Assembly: GCA_053919585.1 (NCBI GenBank)
Contig: CM132792.1
DNA from: Euprymna scolopes
Lineage: Eukaryota
DNA: 64,000 nt
Direction: 5' to 3' (one strand)
A program made the position numbers and the translations under genes. Shown piece by piece: positions 38,208 through 52,829 of this stretch. Within the stretch, counting starts at the first letter, position 1. Each line of letters begins with the position of its first letter. The notes below the pieces were generated by a model. It did not search any database. It worked only from the letters and a program-made list of their open reading frames with translations, and had not been told where the DNA came from.

Positions 38208-40287
38208 TCCCTATGTAAGTAATAGCTATTTTTACTTATTTAGCCTATATTGATTTTTTATTTTATTCAAATCTTATGATTTTAATGTTTTATCATAACT
38301 ATATTGTATATTTTTATTTCTTATTTATTTGGATTTTTGAAAATTATAAAATAAAACGGTTTTATGATTCATTAAAAATCGAGGCACATTAATATCAAAT
38401 ATAATATCATAATAAATGAAGTCAATAAAACATGTTTTACTCTTAATTACGTAGAATCTGAAAGTAATATAGCAGTCATTTTCACTAAAACAGTAAGAAA
38501 GATAAAATTAAAACATTTTATCGCTGAACATTTTATAATTTAAGCTTGAATAAATCTATTTTCAGAAACACAAAACGAGAAGTCGAAATTACAAAAAATA
38601 AAAAAGAATGCGTATTGGCCCGGGTATTACAATAAACCACGGTCATTTTTCTTGTCTTCCTAACCAAATTAACAAGCAAAAAATATCTAACAGAATTTGC
38701 CCAGCTTTTTTTTTTAACAAGAATTTTTTTTTCTGCTTTCCTTAGAAAAATATTTCTTAAAAACCACACATTTTGTGTATATAGATATTCAGGCATGTAT
38801 GTACACATATGTATATGTATTTAAACAATTAGATTAAAAATGACATGGTTTCCTCTTACAACGCACACGTTCTGTAGAAATGTGTGTAATGCTATGTACA
38901 TGTATATATATATATTTAAAACTTATGTATATCTGTTTATATTTTTATATATTAAAAATATAAATGAAAAAGGATTTAAAACAATTGGATTAAAACATAT
39001 TAACTACCACCATATTTGATCAACAGAATATCTCCACACTAAACACTTAAGTTTAAATAACTGCATTTAATTAAACTATTTTAGCCTTCAAATTACAAAT
39101 GTAATTTCCCCTTCTAAAGCTTTATAAGACTAAATCTTCTGACATTTTTAGTAAATAAGAGTCACTCGCAGGTCTTACGCACCTAATTGTACTCATAACC
39201 GAATACTTTGATACTCCTTATATATGTCCTTCGCTCAAGCTCTTACTCCACTAAGCATATTTCTAAAAATGTCAGAACAAACATTCCTATTTGTGAAAGA
39301 CCCATCCAGAACTCTATCTTTTTATTAACTTGTTCTTTTTCTTTCCCTCTTTTTGCTGTCTCGAACCGTCTTACTCACTTATCTGCCTCCCTCCTAGAAT
39401 TCTCTTATACTGTCTTCTTATCCAGACATCGTTTTTTTATGCTACTAACCTAGTATAATCCTTCGCTTTGCAATTTACATATTTGACCTCTAATTTAGTT
39501 GATTTTTTGTGTGTGGGTCATATATACATGTAATTATATTCGTCTCAGTTTTAACGACTCTCATTTCCATATACTCTTTAATTTACTTTGAAACAAGAGA
39601 AAATACATTTCTACACTGGAAGTTTTCTGCAACTAAATTCTGGGTTTATAACCTGAAAAAATCATCTCAACGTATAACTTAACCTGAATTATTAACGAAT
39701 ATTAATTTCAAAGTGCATGAATAAGATGGGGTCCTATATTTCTTTTCAGATAAAAATATGGATTTATTAGTCTTATTACAAAAGCCCCTCTATCTATATT
39801 AACCTTAACCTTGTATTTATAGTTTTATAGTTTTATCTAGAATTGTTATTATTAGTTTTCTATTTTTTTTCATATGTTTCATTTATGCATTTGTGTTCTC
39901 TCTTCCTCATTCCACCACCTATCATCTCACGATATTTACATAAATTTTCTCCCCTTTGACTTATACTTTTGTCACACGTATCAACTCTCTATATTTTATT
40001 TCCTACGAAATCCCCATAAACTCCTCTTTTAGAATGCATCAGTCTTAGTCCAAGTAAGTTCCTCCATTCAGCCTAAAAATAAAGTCTTAATATGTTAACC
40101 CTTTTTCGTTTCTTTTATTCAACCTTGCCCTATAATTTATCCATTTTTTATTTCTCCTTTATTTCTATGTTTACAGTTAATATTTATTTTTATGTTTGTT
40201 TTATGTTTATTTTACATTTTCACGCGTATATATTGTAAAGCTAGATTACGCTTCGCACTGATTTATTGAAACTACTACCCGACTCTT

Positions 40288-40325
40288 CTTCTGATAAGAA
40301 GTATAAGATTTCGAAATGCTTAAAG
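40288..40325 (+). ncRNA. Mutated minimal hammerhead ribozyme relic
   Basis: CUU-CUGAUaA-GAAGU(AUAAG)AUUUC-GAAA-UGCU-UA-AAG: stems I and II pair, but the core has G8>A. Confidence 0.45.
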
Positions 40326-40439
40326 ATAAAATGCGATAACCAACGCCTTATTCTTGTTGATGTATTTTTTCTTATTAAATTGAAAAATACATTCAAATAC
40401 ACCCATAGTTATTTTATCTTTTTAATTATTTCACTGAAT

Positions 40440-40509
<70 letters not shown>

Positions 40510-40554
40510 TTATAGAAACACACACGCACACACGCACATATATATGTGCACACC

Positions 40555-40618
<64 letters not shown>

Positions 40619-40621
<3 letters not shown>

Positions 40622-41200
40622 TAGCGTCCAAATCAAGGGGACAACATTTTCAAACCTAATATTTGTTACAAATATCAACTGTGAAAAACTGAAATTTTGA
40701 AAAATGGTAGTCGTTATCATCCATAATATTATACTAAAATTTGAATTATTTGCAAAGGATAGAAAAAGAATTATAACTATTATTTATTTATTTTCAAAAA
40801 AGGAACGTCCAAACGTAAGGGACAAAATTGAGAGGAACTTGTCATGAACTGATTTGTTCTTTATTTAATTGGAATTCATTATTGTGATGAGTATTATTTA
40901 TTAATTTAATTTATTGGGGACTATTATCCTCATATTTTCATAGAAAAGACGAGGAGAATAGTTCGCAATGAATAAAATTAATGATTCGTTCTTGTAGTCG
41001 ATGATGTGCCGGTGTCATTTACTAAAAATTGATTGTACGTGTATTTTTATTTTATTTTTTTTGTTTTTATTACTGTTTACATTGTTTGTCTCAATTTCGT
41101 CGCTTACATTTCCACGTTTCTTTTTTGAAAATAAATAAATAATTGTATAATTATTTTTCTAACCTTTGAAAATGATTCAAATTTTAGTATGTTATTATAT
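40619..41200. mobile_element. Non-autonomous Tc1-like IR/DR element, right outer end missing
   Basis: Starts TA|CAGTAGCGTCCAAA. Direct repeats cgtccaaa....gggacaa at 40625 and 40806. 40722-40833 is approximately the reverse complement of 41089-41200. Confidence 0.7.
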
Positions 41201-41399
41201 TATATAGTAAAGGAAAATGTATGTATATCTTTATCAGAGTTAATTGTTAGTGAATGTCAAGGTTCCCCTAAAATTCTCCTCTGAAGCGTTTTACTCCGGA
41301 ACAGGTACCTCGTACGGTTTTTTGCGGGGGGGGGGTCGAGTGATATAAGATTTGTGAATTTCCTTTCCCATCACGCTTGGTGTCCTTCATGAGGTGCTT

Positions 41400-44200
41400 G
41401 AGGTAGGTCAATATCGACTGCCTCATATATCATCGGAATGCACTTTTTTACATTGCGAATTGTACAGTGTGCATCGTCTAACCGAAGTTGTCTCATTTTA
41501 TTTATGTGTCTTTTATGTATAGATTAAGGATCTTTGGTGATCTATACTGTATTTCCTAGACTTTTGTCGATTGTACCCAGTTCTTAGAAAGACATCTTAT
41601 TTTTCTTAAATTTGTACACAACTTTTCTCTTTGTAGTTTTTATTAAGCACAAGGGATATCCTTAATTTTTTTTTTACTTTGGTAATAGTTTTCCGAAAAA
41701 TAATCCCATCTTTCTTTGGTTCGATGTGGCAGCTTGCGATAATGCAGAGTGTGTATTAGGAGTAGATGTTTTCCTATAAACTTGAAGCGACTGCTGTAAC
41801 ACCGTTTCTGTAGGTGTGTCGCTTGCTTTTGGAAGGCTCGTTTTAAAGTATCGACAAATTATTCAGCTCTCCGTTTAGATCGCGTGTGGTATTGAAGAAA
41901 CTGGACAGAGCTAATTGGAACTTTTCATAGTCAGTGGACGTAAATTGCGCCTCGTTATAAATTAATTTGGAGTCGACAACTACACACCGGACAAATACTT
42001 CCTGCAGAGATATAATAACTACTCCTGGAGCGGGCCATTTACATCTTAACCCTTCTAGCTATTTTCCCACACAATTAAGAAATACCTACCTTAACCTGCA
42101 AAACCTATGTGTGTTGTGGACTGGATTTCTTCTGTTTGGGGCAATTGAGGAAACGGGGTTGGGTGTGTTTGTCGTCAAAGCTAACTTCTTGCATAATTCG
42201 ACCAGACATTTATGTATTCATCCAGGTTTGGCAAGTATACGTAACAACACATGAGGCTCTTCATTCTTTTCAATCTAAAATGACCCAGATGAAAATGCTG
42301 CGCTATTCCTTTTGCATTATGACCCCTTTTTCTTTAAAGTGAGACTGTATCACACATTGAAAGATCTGTTCTGTATTTTCTGGCCTTTTATTTCTTGTAG
42401 CGTAACTGGAATGTTTGCGATATCATTGCATATCATTTTTTTACTTTCACTATCGGCACGCAAAAAACAATTATTAAATTTTCGCTATGTTCACTTTGTC
42501 TGTAGACATACCTTAAATATCCGTCCACATGTGAGATCTTATTAAATGAGAAGTAATACATCTTGAAACAATAAATCAACTAAAATGATGCCCTATCTCA
42601 ACCGTTTGTTTACTGTGTAACAGGGCAACATTCTCTTCGACTCAAAGACGGATAGTAGAGGTTCCTAGTCGGTCTGAAGTATAAAACATATCCTATGTAA
42701 ATATCGGTGCAACTGCAGGCATAATAACAAGTGCTTCTTTTCCGATCTATGAAGAAAATTTTTCTTTAGCTGGCGGAAGCTATGATCTTGACGCGTGTGT
42801 CATCAGTTTCCTAATTTTGTACCATAATTTTTATATAAGATAATTATATGTAATAGATGTGAGCTTGCATCACCAGCGATATTATGCCTCGTTTGGGTCA
42901 TAATTTGTGAGAGATAGATCTGACGTCTAAGCTATTTTATATTTTTTGTAATGACGCCTGTCGTCCTGGTACCAATTTTCACCCTTTGCCTTTTTATAGT
43001 AACTCGATTAGTTGTATGCGTAGGTCGTGCATATTAGAATAAGTGTTTGGTAATAGGTTACAAACCCCAAAACCTTGCAGCTCAGTAATATTTCGGAGCC
43101 GATATATCGTTTACAGTTGTTGTCTTTTCCCGGATCGGTCTTTGACAGTTTTTGATTATGGTATATCCAAATATGTTTTTTCATGAATAAATCGCACTTC
43201 CTTACTTTGATTTTAAATCCAACATCCTGTATTTTACAGAATACGCATGGCTATGTTTCCGATGCTGTACCCTGATCCTATTTATTATGTTTATATCATC
43301 CTGGTTGGCTTGCGCGAAGTTATGTTCGCTCAGCATATTATCAGTATTTCGTGAAAGGTGGCGGGCATTGCATTGATTCCACACGCTTTATTTTTTTTGA
43401 ATTTTAACAAACCTAATATATAGCAACTAACGAAGTATTTTACTCGACTGGAATTTGAATTTATACCTCAACCAGACCGACTATAGATCATTCTTTCCAC
43501 TGTTAAGCTTAATGAAAAATTTTAGGGCAAGAAAATGGATAAGAGCAATCTTTTAGTACTAAGTCCAAAGACAACTTAAATTGGATTTTTTTTACTTCTT
43601 CCTCCAGATAGAATTCAACTTTCGAAAGGGTTCCGTTTTGTTCAAGCATTCCAAGCTCTCCATTGATTTTATCCAATGATTTAAACAGTAAATTCTTCTT
43701 TCTTTTTAGTATTGGTTTGCGTATTCACTTTGAGTTAGATTCTGGTTGACATTTTAGTAGATTTTCGAAGAGCAACTGAGAAACCCCACTGAAAAACTTT
43801 CTTCTAATTTTGACTTTAGAATTTTCTTCTCAATCCGTAAAATTACAACGTTCTGAGAAAACCTTTTTATGGGCAAATCCCTGAAATAAAATGTTGCAGA
43901 AAATCTGTCTCAAAACGATATCCAATTGATCTTACTATGAAGGTTATCAATTTCTTTGTTGTACTTTTACATGTTACACAAAAGATTAATTAACATTCAA
44001 CATTTTCGATTCTTGTTACTATTCTTGCTGCTTGAAAGTCTTAAGCATTATATGTTTTTCTTCATGTATGCAAAAATATGATCGATAATCCTGATATCGC
44101 ATCTAATTAGAACTTCACGTTTTTATTTATTATTTTCGGCAGCAAACATTTCCTCTTCTTTTTTATTTGTTCTAGCGTATCTATGTGTTAATATCGCAAT
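41400..44200 (-). mobile_element. Heavily decayed Gypsy pol (PR-RT-RH-IN)
   Basis: Domain order on the minus strand: VKF.LDAISGLSII (PR), LKDCSYP, DNMLSEHNFAQANQDDI (YLDD), YDP..GDAS (RH), FHLGH..MKSLMCCYVYLP (IN zinc finger), AQFTS..FVDTLKRA, ELGTI..HKRHIN. Confidence 0.85.
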
Positions 44201-45331
44201 ATATTTTGTAAAACGTTTTATAAAATATAGTTAAGATCTAATATATTACAGTTGTCTTGTGTCTGTAATGAATGTCTGCCTTTATTCAAAGGAAACGGGC
44301 TTTAAGACGAAGAATATTCCATTCAGAATGCCACCAGAGGAAGGGCATATTCCTGACCGAAGGAGACATGCAGACCTAATTACCTCTGACAAAAGACGTC
44401 TAATCGGCAGATCTTCATAAGCGGGGCGTTTCCAGGAAATTTAATGAAACACGTGGGTCGATAACACGCCAATGACCAACCTTTAGGTTTAAACCTGATT
44501 TTAATTTTGATATTTGCTGTTAATAGAAACTTTTATGCCCAATTCTGTCACTCGTAAGGCAAAATTTTATATTGAGTAAGAGGTCTTTACCACTATGCAA
44601 TATCACAGTAGTTAGGATTTTCAGTTTCAGTAAATTACCCATTCTGTCTTCAGAATGAATAGTGTACTTCCTTTTTGATATATTTAGAGATTAGTGTTGG
44701 ATTTCAATATATTTTCGTACGTACGCGACTGCGGATGCATAGATATTCTTCGTGCACTTTCTTATAATTGCTGAATTTTAAATTCAGNNNNNNNNNNNNN
44801 NNNNNNNNNNNNNNNNNNNNNNNNNNNNNNNNNNNNNNNNNNNNNNNNNNNNNNNNNNNNNNNNNNNNNNNNNNNNNNNNNNNNNNNNNNNNNNNNNNNN
44901 NNNNNNNNNNNNNNNNNNNNNNNNNNNNNNNNNNNNNNNNNNNNNGTAAGTATCTAACAGGTAAACTCTTAAACTACTGGTCACGTAACACTGAACTTCT
45001 CAGGAAATAATATTCCTGCACAAGGATGGTTTATAGCGAGTAATATCTTTGTTTACATACATGACTAACGCGTACAGGCATTGCCAAATTTACATGTAAA
45101 ATACATAAACCATTAGCTGACAGTTTTGCACATGAGAACACTTAAAACCGCATGATGTAGAACGCAACATATATTATGTCTTTTTGTATTAATAACCAAA
45201 TGAAATAATACTTAAATTGCACTCACAGTGTTGAATTTATTAATACAGAGAAACACCTATATATTTTTTTTCTAGTATTCACTTATCGAAGACATATCTT
45301 ATTATTATGTGACCGATTAGATAAACAATTA

Positions 45332-48160
45332 CACTGGGAAACAAAAATATGCTTTAAAAATCATCCTGTGTTTTTCAGCTGAATTAGACTAATGTTGATG
45401 CTCTGAATCCGAAAATGATCTTGCTTTTGCTTAATCAGGTCATTTTTTTTTTTTTGCTACAGAATTTCTTTAAAAAATCGATTTTTTTGTAAAAAAAAAA
45501 AAATATGCAGATCATCAGCTGAGAAACCCCTGACGATTTTTTCCGTTTTCCTCGAGAAATAAAAGTCAACGTATCCAAATCCATTCAGTTTTTATTTAGT
45601 CCATCAAATTTGATAAGCATAATTATCATAATATTAGTATAAGTATGAGCGTTACATGACACAAAAGTTAAGAATTAACGACATAAATCGGTGTTTCTTC
45701 GATTCTCGTGTGTGAGCAGCTGCTTGGTTGTCTGTGTTCAGCGACCAGCAGTAGTCCGCCATCATTACTGCGTCCCACCTCCCCTTGTACCTCTCCTCTA
45801 TTTGACGCATGTCCTGATGCAACCTTTCTCCATGTCCGTCGCTCATCTCCTCAAGGTTTTCAGGAAACTTCTCCACGTGTGAGAACAGGAAGTGCATCTT
45901 TATACTCATCAAACACCCGAGTTTTTGGAAGGCTTCTATCATGCTGCTGATGAGTCTGGCGTGGTTTTCTGCCTTCGTGTACCCCAGGAAGTTGTTCACC
46001 ACCGGCACAAACGATTTCCACGCGGCGCATTCTAGGGTGTTCATGGAGTTTTGGAAATCTGTGTCGTTTATGAGCTGGCTATCTGTGGGCAATCGAAAAT
46101 GCCGGCCTTCAGCTTCTCAATGGTCAGTCGAGGAAAGGCTTGTCACAGGTTGTTGAAGCACCTCTCAGCGCGCGTGAACTGTTTCATTAACCCAAGCTTC
46201 ATGTGTAGCGGTGGGATCAATATCTTCTCACGGTCAACAAGACGTTCGTTTATAATGTTTCTCGTCCCAAGTACCAACTGCTCTCGCGCCGGCTACTCTT
46301 TCTTTACATAGTGCTGGGCTCTTTCTCGACTGTCCCACACACATATAAAGCATAGGTACTTCGTGAACCCGGACTGCTGACCACGTATAAAGTTCACCAT
46401 TTTTAAGTCGACGCAGATGATCCATTTCATTAATATTTCTCTTTGAGAGTTGTGGAGTGGGCAAGAGGGATTGGGGCGAACTGGTTCCCATTGTGGAGGA
46501 GAACACACTTCAAAGAGCGGTTGCAGCTGCCAATGAAGAGTCGCCAATCTCTTTGATCGTACTGAGGAGCGCCGAGTTTAACAAGAAGACCGGCGATATC
46601 TCGGCAGTACACGAGGTTTTCCTCCTGGCAGAAGTTGTCCATGTAGTCCTCATGCCTTTTACGAAAGAAAGTGATACGTGCGTCCTTGCCAAGTAGATTT
46701 TTGTCTTTGAGTCTGGAGGCCAACAGCTCGGAGGATGTCTTCGACAAACTGAGATCCCTAACCAGATCGTTAAGCTCACATTGTGAAAAGAGCTGCGGAC
46801 GATCTTATGCTTCATACTCGAACTCTTCTGTATATCCTTGCTCGTCTGTAATGGTAGTCTCGTCGTCGCTGTCTGGAAGCTGTGTGAACGCGGGTACATG
46901 AATTTCTTCGCAGTGAACCACTGGACGGCCGGCAGATGGAAGGTCGGGGTACTGGAGGTAGTGCCGATTCTTCCTGTTGATGCCAGTAGTATTGATGGCA
47001 CAGAAGTAACAATCCGACGCATGGTTAAACGGCTCCCTTCAAACCATCGGAATTCCAAACTTCAGTGAAGTTTTCGCTCCCTTCGTCCACCGCCGGAGGT
47101 ATTTCACGCACGTCTTGCACACCGTGTGAGGTGCCCAAGACTTATCTTGGCCACCCAGCTTGACTTTAAATAAGCCACGTAGGCGGGCTTCACAAATATT
47201 GTGATGTTCTTCCTGTCTCCTGACAGCGTGTACTCTACGCAGATGTAGGAGAACACGTCATGATTATTCCTGCATGACCGTCGCGCCGAAGCCATCACAA
47301 TAAACTGAAAAAAAAAAGGAAAGATGCAGCTGTCAGACAATGAAATTTAGAATCAATTTGATTGGCTAAGGGTTAATTAAGTAAATTTTGAATAATATTT
47401 TATTTATATATTCCTATGGAGTAATGGTGAGCCAGGTATTGGTTTGATTGGCTAATTGTGGAATTCCTTTTATTGTTCTAAAAACCCGATGAATTCGAAA
47501 AAGGAAAACAAACAAATATAAGCTGAATCCCCCCTTTACTGCTCTTTAAATACGCTCATACTGAAACATAGACAGTTAATAAATTAATATTAGGATTTAT
47601 AGCCACTGAATATGCCATAATTGTACTATTTTCTCAGAGACACGAACCCGCATAACAAAACCGGCGTGCACCAACTTCCGCATGTAAACACACATTGAGC
47701 CCACGATGAGTTAATTTAAGGCAAAGGCAATGAATGTTAAGGTATTTAGAATATTAGAAAGAATCTAAGAGGTAATATCCTCACTACGGAGTCCTTGGGA
47801 AGAATGACCCAAATTTGCTATTGTATTACCCTCGTTAGTCTAAATTCACACAAAAATATATTAAATATTAAATAAATTCTTTACATATTTATACTCAGAA
47901 ATTTATGTTAAACACAAATATATTAATTATTTATAATATTATTCGTGCCTGTCCATTGTAATTCGATATATTCTTCAAGAAAAATATGATTGAACTCAAA
48001 ACTCCTGATATTAGCATATGTATAGCTCGTTTGGTAGGCCTATGCTTGTATCTCAAAACGTTGGCCTGATAGAGCGAAAGCAATGTGATATTCGGACTCA
48101 GAACACCAGCATTAATCTAAGTCAGCTGGGAACCCCCGTTTTTTTGGCTGTTACCCAGTG
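45332..48160 (-). mobile_element. Full-length Chapaev3 (CMC superfamily) DNA transposon
   Basis: Ends CACTGGG(A/T)AACA...TGTTACCCAGTG, with ~110-bp imperfect subterminal inverted similarity. TTA duplicated at 45329-45331 and 48161-48163. Confidence 0.92.
45652..47295 (-). pseudogene. Chapaev3 transposase, frameshifted
   Basis: MASARRSCRNNHDVFSYIC..DQDKSWAPH..FGIPMVW..DCYFC..SELLASRLK..WRLFIGS..SLKCVLLHNGN..ICVDLKMV..PPLHMKLGLMKQF..KMHFLFSH..FPENL..SDGHGERLHQD..GRWDAVMMADYCWSL, spread over several frames with short deletions. Confidence 0.93.
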
Positions 48161-48581
48161 TTATTAATTACAAAGAAATATTAGGTGTTTTTACAGTGTA
48201 CGGTGCGTAAAAAAACCCCGTTGTTACATATAAGATAGGATTTTAAAATTAAATTAAATTTTTATAGTATCTTTCTATTTTATTAAACACCCAGTAAATG
48301 AATTACAAATAAAAAAATAATAATCAGAACCCCCTCCTTATTATCACAGAAGAAATACTACAAACCTTACATAAAAATAAAAAATAAAATGTCAATTCAG
48401 TGTTTCAACATTTGAACAACGCTCGGCTGAAACCGATGAATGCTGGTCTCACCCGATCCATGCTTGCTGGGAATTACCGAGAATCCGGGTCAAATTATGC
48501 AAGAGTACTAAAAATTATTACGTTTCGATTGCATGCATGTTTTATTCTTGTTTAGACGTTAAATGGCATTTATGAAGCATA

Positions 48582-48626
<45 letters not shown>

Positions 48627-50349
48627 CATTTATCGATTAGATGAACAACTATTGATACCAAACAGAAACTGCCGAATTTTTCCGAATGCATGGGTTTTTA
48701 CTATTTTTAGTTTTTCTGATAGAGCTTTCTTATACAGGGCATTATGCCAACACAGAATACAGGTTTACTTCTAAAACAAAACAAATATGTTTTATATTTT
48801 ATTCGTACTATTATTCTCATTTTTCCGAAAAAGTGAGTAATAGAAAAATCTTTAACAAATATCTTAGTGACCCCTGTTTTTTTTAAATATTTTTAAATGT
48901 TATGTAACATATTTTGAATAACATGAAATATTTTCCATTTATCATAAAAATGCATACACTCGGTTATCTTCGAAACTTACTTCATTACAGTAGAATAAGT
49001 AATTTCCATGAATATGATTTTCATAAAATAAACAAAAATAAACATGTATTCACGTTCGAATCCTCGACTGATGAAAATCCGCCAAAATAGTCAGATTGTT
49101 GTCTGCCACTTATTTCAATCAAAACACTGCTATCAGACTATTTTAACACATGAAAGGGTGACACGAAGGCATTCATTTCATCATAAACAGAAGTTTTTTT
49201 TTCTCATTTTTAAACGAAATTAAATAAAATTTGATGTTGCTCTAAAAATAAAATTTTATTAAAAAGTTTCGTTCATCCCCGCCCCCACATTGATGCAAGT
49301 GCCAATCGACATTACTTTCTTTTTTTTTAAATAAATACACCTGTTTCCTTGAGATAAATTTCTTTTCTAGAACTAATATCCTTCGTTTACATAGCTACTT
49401 CTTGTCTCTTTAAATAATTTCGTACACACATAGTGCTGAACCCTTCGTCACAAGTACATATCTCTGTATGATGTTGGTACCCTATTACACACATATATCC
49501 TGTATCGTGATATGGTACCCACTACACAACATACACCTTTTTGGTGCTCGTTGCCAGGACACTCATAAAAGGGTGCGGAAAAAAATCGAACCTGGAGGCT
49601 ACTACGGTGAAAAAAAAACACAAAAAAAATAAACTCAACGTCAAAAAAGCGACGGCTCTTGAAAAAAAAAAGATTGAACACTGGACATAAAAATTGTAAA
49701 AAATGTGTCCATTTCAGTTAAAATCCTGTAAAAATATGGAGTAAATGGGTTAAAAGAAACAAAAACAAACCGGGAGTAAATGTTCAACCGTGCATAGAGT
49801 CTCATTCGATAATAAAACTAGAAAGAAAAGGAAATTTAAAATAAAAGTATTCAGAATTAAAAAGTCAGTGGAACGTGTAAGATAATTTTGGATGAAAAAT
49901 AATCTAAGTAGATAAGTACTTTCAGAGATAGAACTTATCTGGGTTGAATATATTCTTAATGCAACTTAAATTGCTTTGTCAGTTGATGAATAACACCAGA
50001 AATCGCAAAGTTGATCTTTAGTGAGTTACACACGGCAAATCTAACCGCTTTCATGGTTAATTTGACGTCAAATAGTAAGAGCAGACGCGATATCTTAAAT
50101 TAAGTCATTTCATGACGAAGGTGCGAATGTGTAAATGTTAACCAACACAGTAGCAACTGTATAGACAGCAGGATTGGCATAATTCAATGCGTGTTTAAAT
50201 GTGTTACAAGCCCATACAATCCTAGCATAAAAAAACGGAGGAAGGCTAAAATTAATGAATAGGTGATAAAAGGATAGCTATATAATGATAAGAATATGAA
50301 CGATGGCGACAATCATATTAAGGATAACAAAATTATGAAAGTAAATAAC

Positions 50350-50437
50350 AACGGTAATAATAATAATGAAAATAATAATAATAAAATAATAATAATGATG
50401 ATAATAATAATAATAAGAAGAAGAAGAAGAAGAAGAG
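50350..50437. repeat. (AAT)n-(AAG)n trinucleotide repeat
   Basis: Seen directly. Confidence 0.9.
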
Positions 50438-50658
50438 GAAATATTGTTGCAAAGACTTAAGTAAAATTATTAATGAAAATGAAATATGAACATAATACAG
50501 GTATTTATGCGCTAAACTATAATAAAAAATTTAAGTAGTGTCATTTATAAAGTTATAGAAAAAAGAATAACGGTATAAAAATCACTATTACTATTAATTA
50601 TTATACTGAAGATAAAAAACGAATAAAAAGTAAGAAGGATAAAATTTGAATATTTTAA

Positions 50659-50724
<66 letters not shown>

Positions 50725-51169
50725 TACATTTTATTATATTTGTAAACATTATAATGGCAGAAATAATAAACCTTGTATGATTAAAATTTTAATAATTATT
50801 TTCGTGTAGATTTTAATAAGAAAAATAATAAGAATAGCAGTAATTAAATGGATAAATATAAAATAAAATTAATATATATATAGATATATATATATATATA
50901 TATATATAATAGTAGTGTATACATTTGAATTATTACTAGCTCTACCTAAGATAACAGTAATAGTCATGATATGAATGTTAATAACTAGATCGTATAATGG
51001 ATGATCTTAATAATGTACCAAATGGTTTGTAATTAGGCAGTGTTGCTAGTCAGCAGATTAAAATATTAAAGTAATTTGAAATAGTCAAGAAAAATGTAAG
51101 AAAGTAATAATAAAAAATGGGTTAATTATTCAGTTAGTGTTTCAGTGGCGGTTCAATGATTCTAAAATT

Positions 51170-52130
51170 AAAATTCTTGTACTTTGTCTTATGTTTGCAT
51201 TGGGACATCAGATCATTTTTCGCATAGATTACATTCTTGAATTGAGGAGAAGTTTTATCCTAACTGCCTAAGATAAGCAGAGGTTACAACATTTTAAGCC
51301 AGGGGTACGTGATTTGGATTAATAGATAATATAACAGTTACTTGAGAAACGAATATTCGTATAACTTTTATTTATGAGAGTAGTTAAAGAGGTTCCTTGG
51401 TAACTAGTTGGGTTTATATTATTAAATGAGGATATGTAGTTTGAAATTCTCAGCTTTTTTAAAGTGCAAGTAAATCTAATGTATGTGTATGTTTTGGGTG
51501 CATTCTGGTTACTGTTGCAGGTGTTGTGGAATCTATAGTTATCATTTCAGGGTAAACATTAGGTGAATTATAAGGGATAATGGTGCGGATCGGGTTTTTA
51601 ATATTACTACAATAGAAGTGCTCTGGCAAAGAACAACCACTATTTATATTGTAAGAATTGTTATTTAGCATGTTTATTCGTATAGATGGATATTAAAATT
51701 CATTTCCCTGTGATTGTCTGAAGATTAGCAGTAAGAAAATTAAAAGTGTAGAATTTGAAGAATTTAGATGGCATCTCGTTTGTAGTAAAGGAATAAATCA
51801 CATTTACGATCATTCTCAAGAGGGCGTCACTCTGTTTCGGCAATTACATTAAGTTTTCTTGGCTGAAGGAATAAGGGTTGCCTGAGCTTCTTTAATTTTC
51901 TTGTTAGATTTATAATTGTTCTGGCTAAATTAGGCATTGTATCGTATGATATCGTGATGGAGTTTTTATTAAGTAAAGTGTTGTATCTTTGCAGGGTCTT
52001 GAAAAATTTTGTCAACAATATTGAAAAATATCATTGGGGTATAAGTTTTAACAGTAGAACTGAAAGAGGTGTTTAACAAAATACTTTTTCTCTTCATGCA
52101 TTTCCTATGGCAAGAGTTTAACAAGTCGTG
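51170..52130 (-). mobile_element. Decayed Penelope-like element, C-terminal half
   Basis: KRKSILLNTSFSSTVKT (R.IIWFNPPYS.NV.T motif), NKNSITISYDTMPNL, CNCRN, and terminal CNLCLS..QCKHKTKY. Confidence 0.75.
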
Positions 52131-52142
52131 TTTATGCATGAT

Positions 52143-52195
<53 letters not shown>

Positions 52196-52829
52196 TGAGT
52201 GAAAACGGGTAATGCGTACACACGACTAATTATGTGGACATATACATATGTGTATACACGTTTTGTTTCATTTTAGTTCAGTCGATGTCCTCATGCATCT
52301 GGCCCTAACATTTGTTTCCATGGGAGATCCATAGACAATCAAATTATTAGATTGAAGTTTTCTTTTTCCTCTCAAACACTTAGTTATTAAAGAAGTGAAT
52401 GGCAACATTTACATCTTCTCCGTTTAAATAAATCATTGTATATATTATTTCTGGTTTCAGAACACACATTTATTTAGTCTGGAAAAGTATCTAGCTTCGG
52501 GTTCTTAGTTTAGATCACCTCATTTCGAAAAAAAAAATATTTTTTGTTATATAGACAGGTGTATGTATACTTTCTATAGCGACGTGCACGTTGAATCGTT
52601 GATTTGTATATTTTATCTGCATATTTAAGCACGTGTAAATGCGTGTATTTACATACATCGTATCATTTAGTTGATCGTCTATCGTGTATATTTTAACATT
52701 TATGCAACAGTTTCAACAGGAAGTGATTGACGCGGATGTATCAAAACAGGTGTAGACAACCAGTGCTTTTAACAGATGTAAATGACACAACACATATCTG
52801 AATTATTTATGAACATTTATTCTCATTAT

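Noticed and set aside
48200-48490. Possible mariner 3' end and TIR
   Set aside because: Partner TIR and catalytic motifs not found.
49064-49095. CTGATGA...AAAA-TAGTC hammerhead-like string
   Set aside because: GAAA and stem II are absent.
49437-49753. piggyBac-like CCC...GGG|TTAA ends
   Set aside because: The left flank is TGAA and the ends are not inverted repeats beyond 3 nt.
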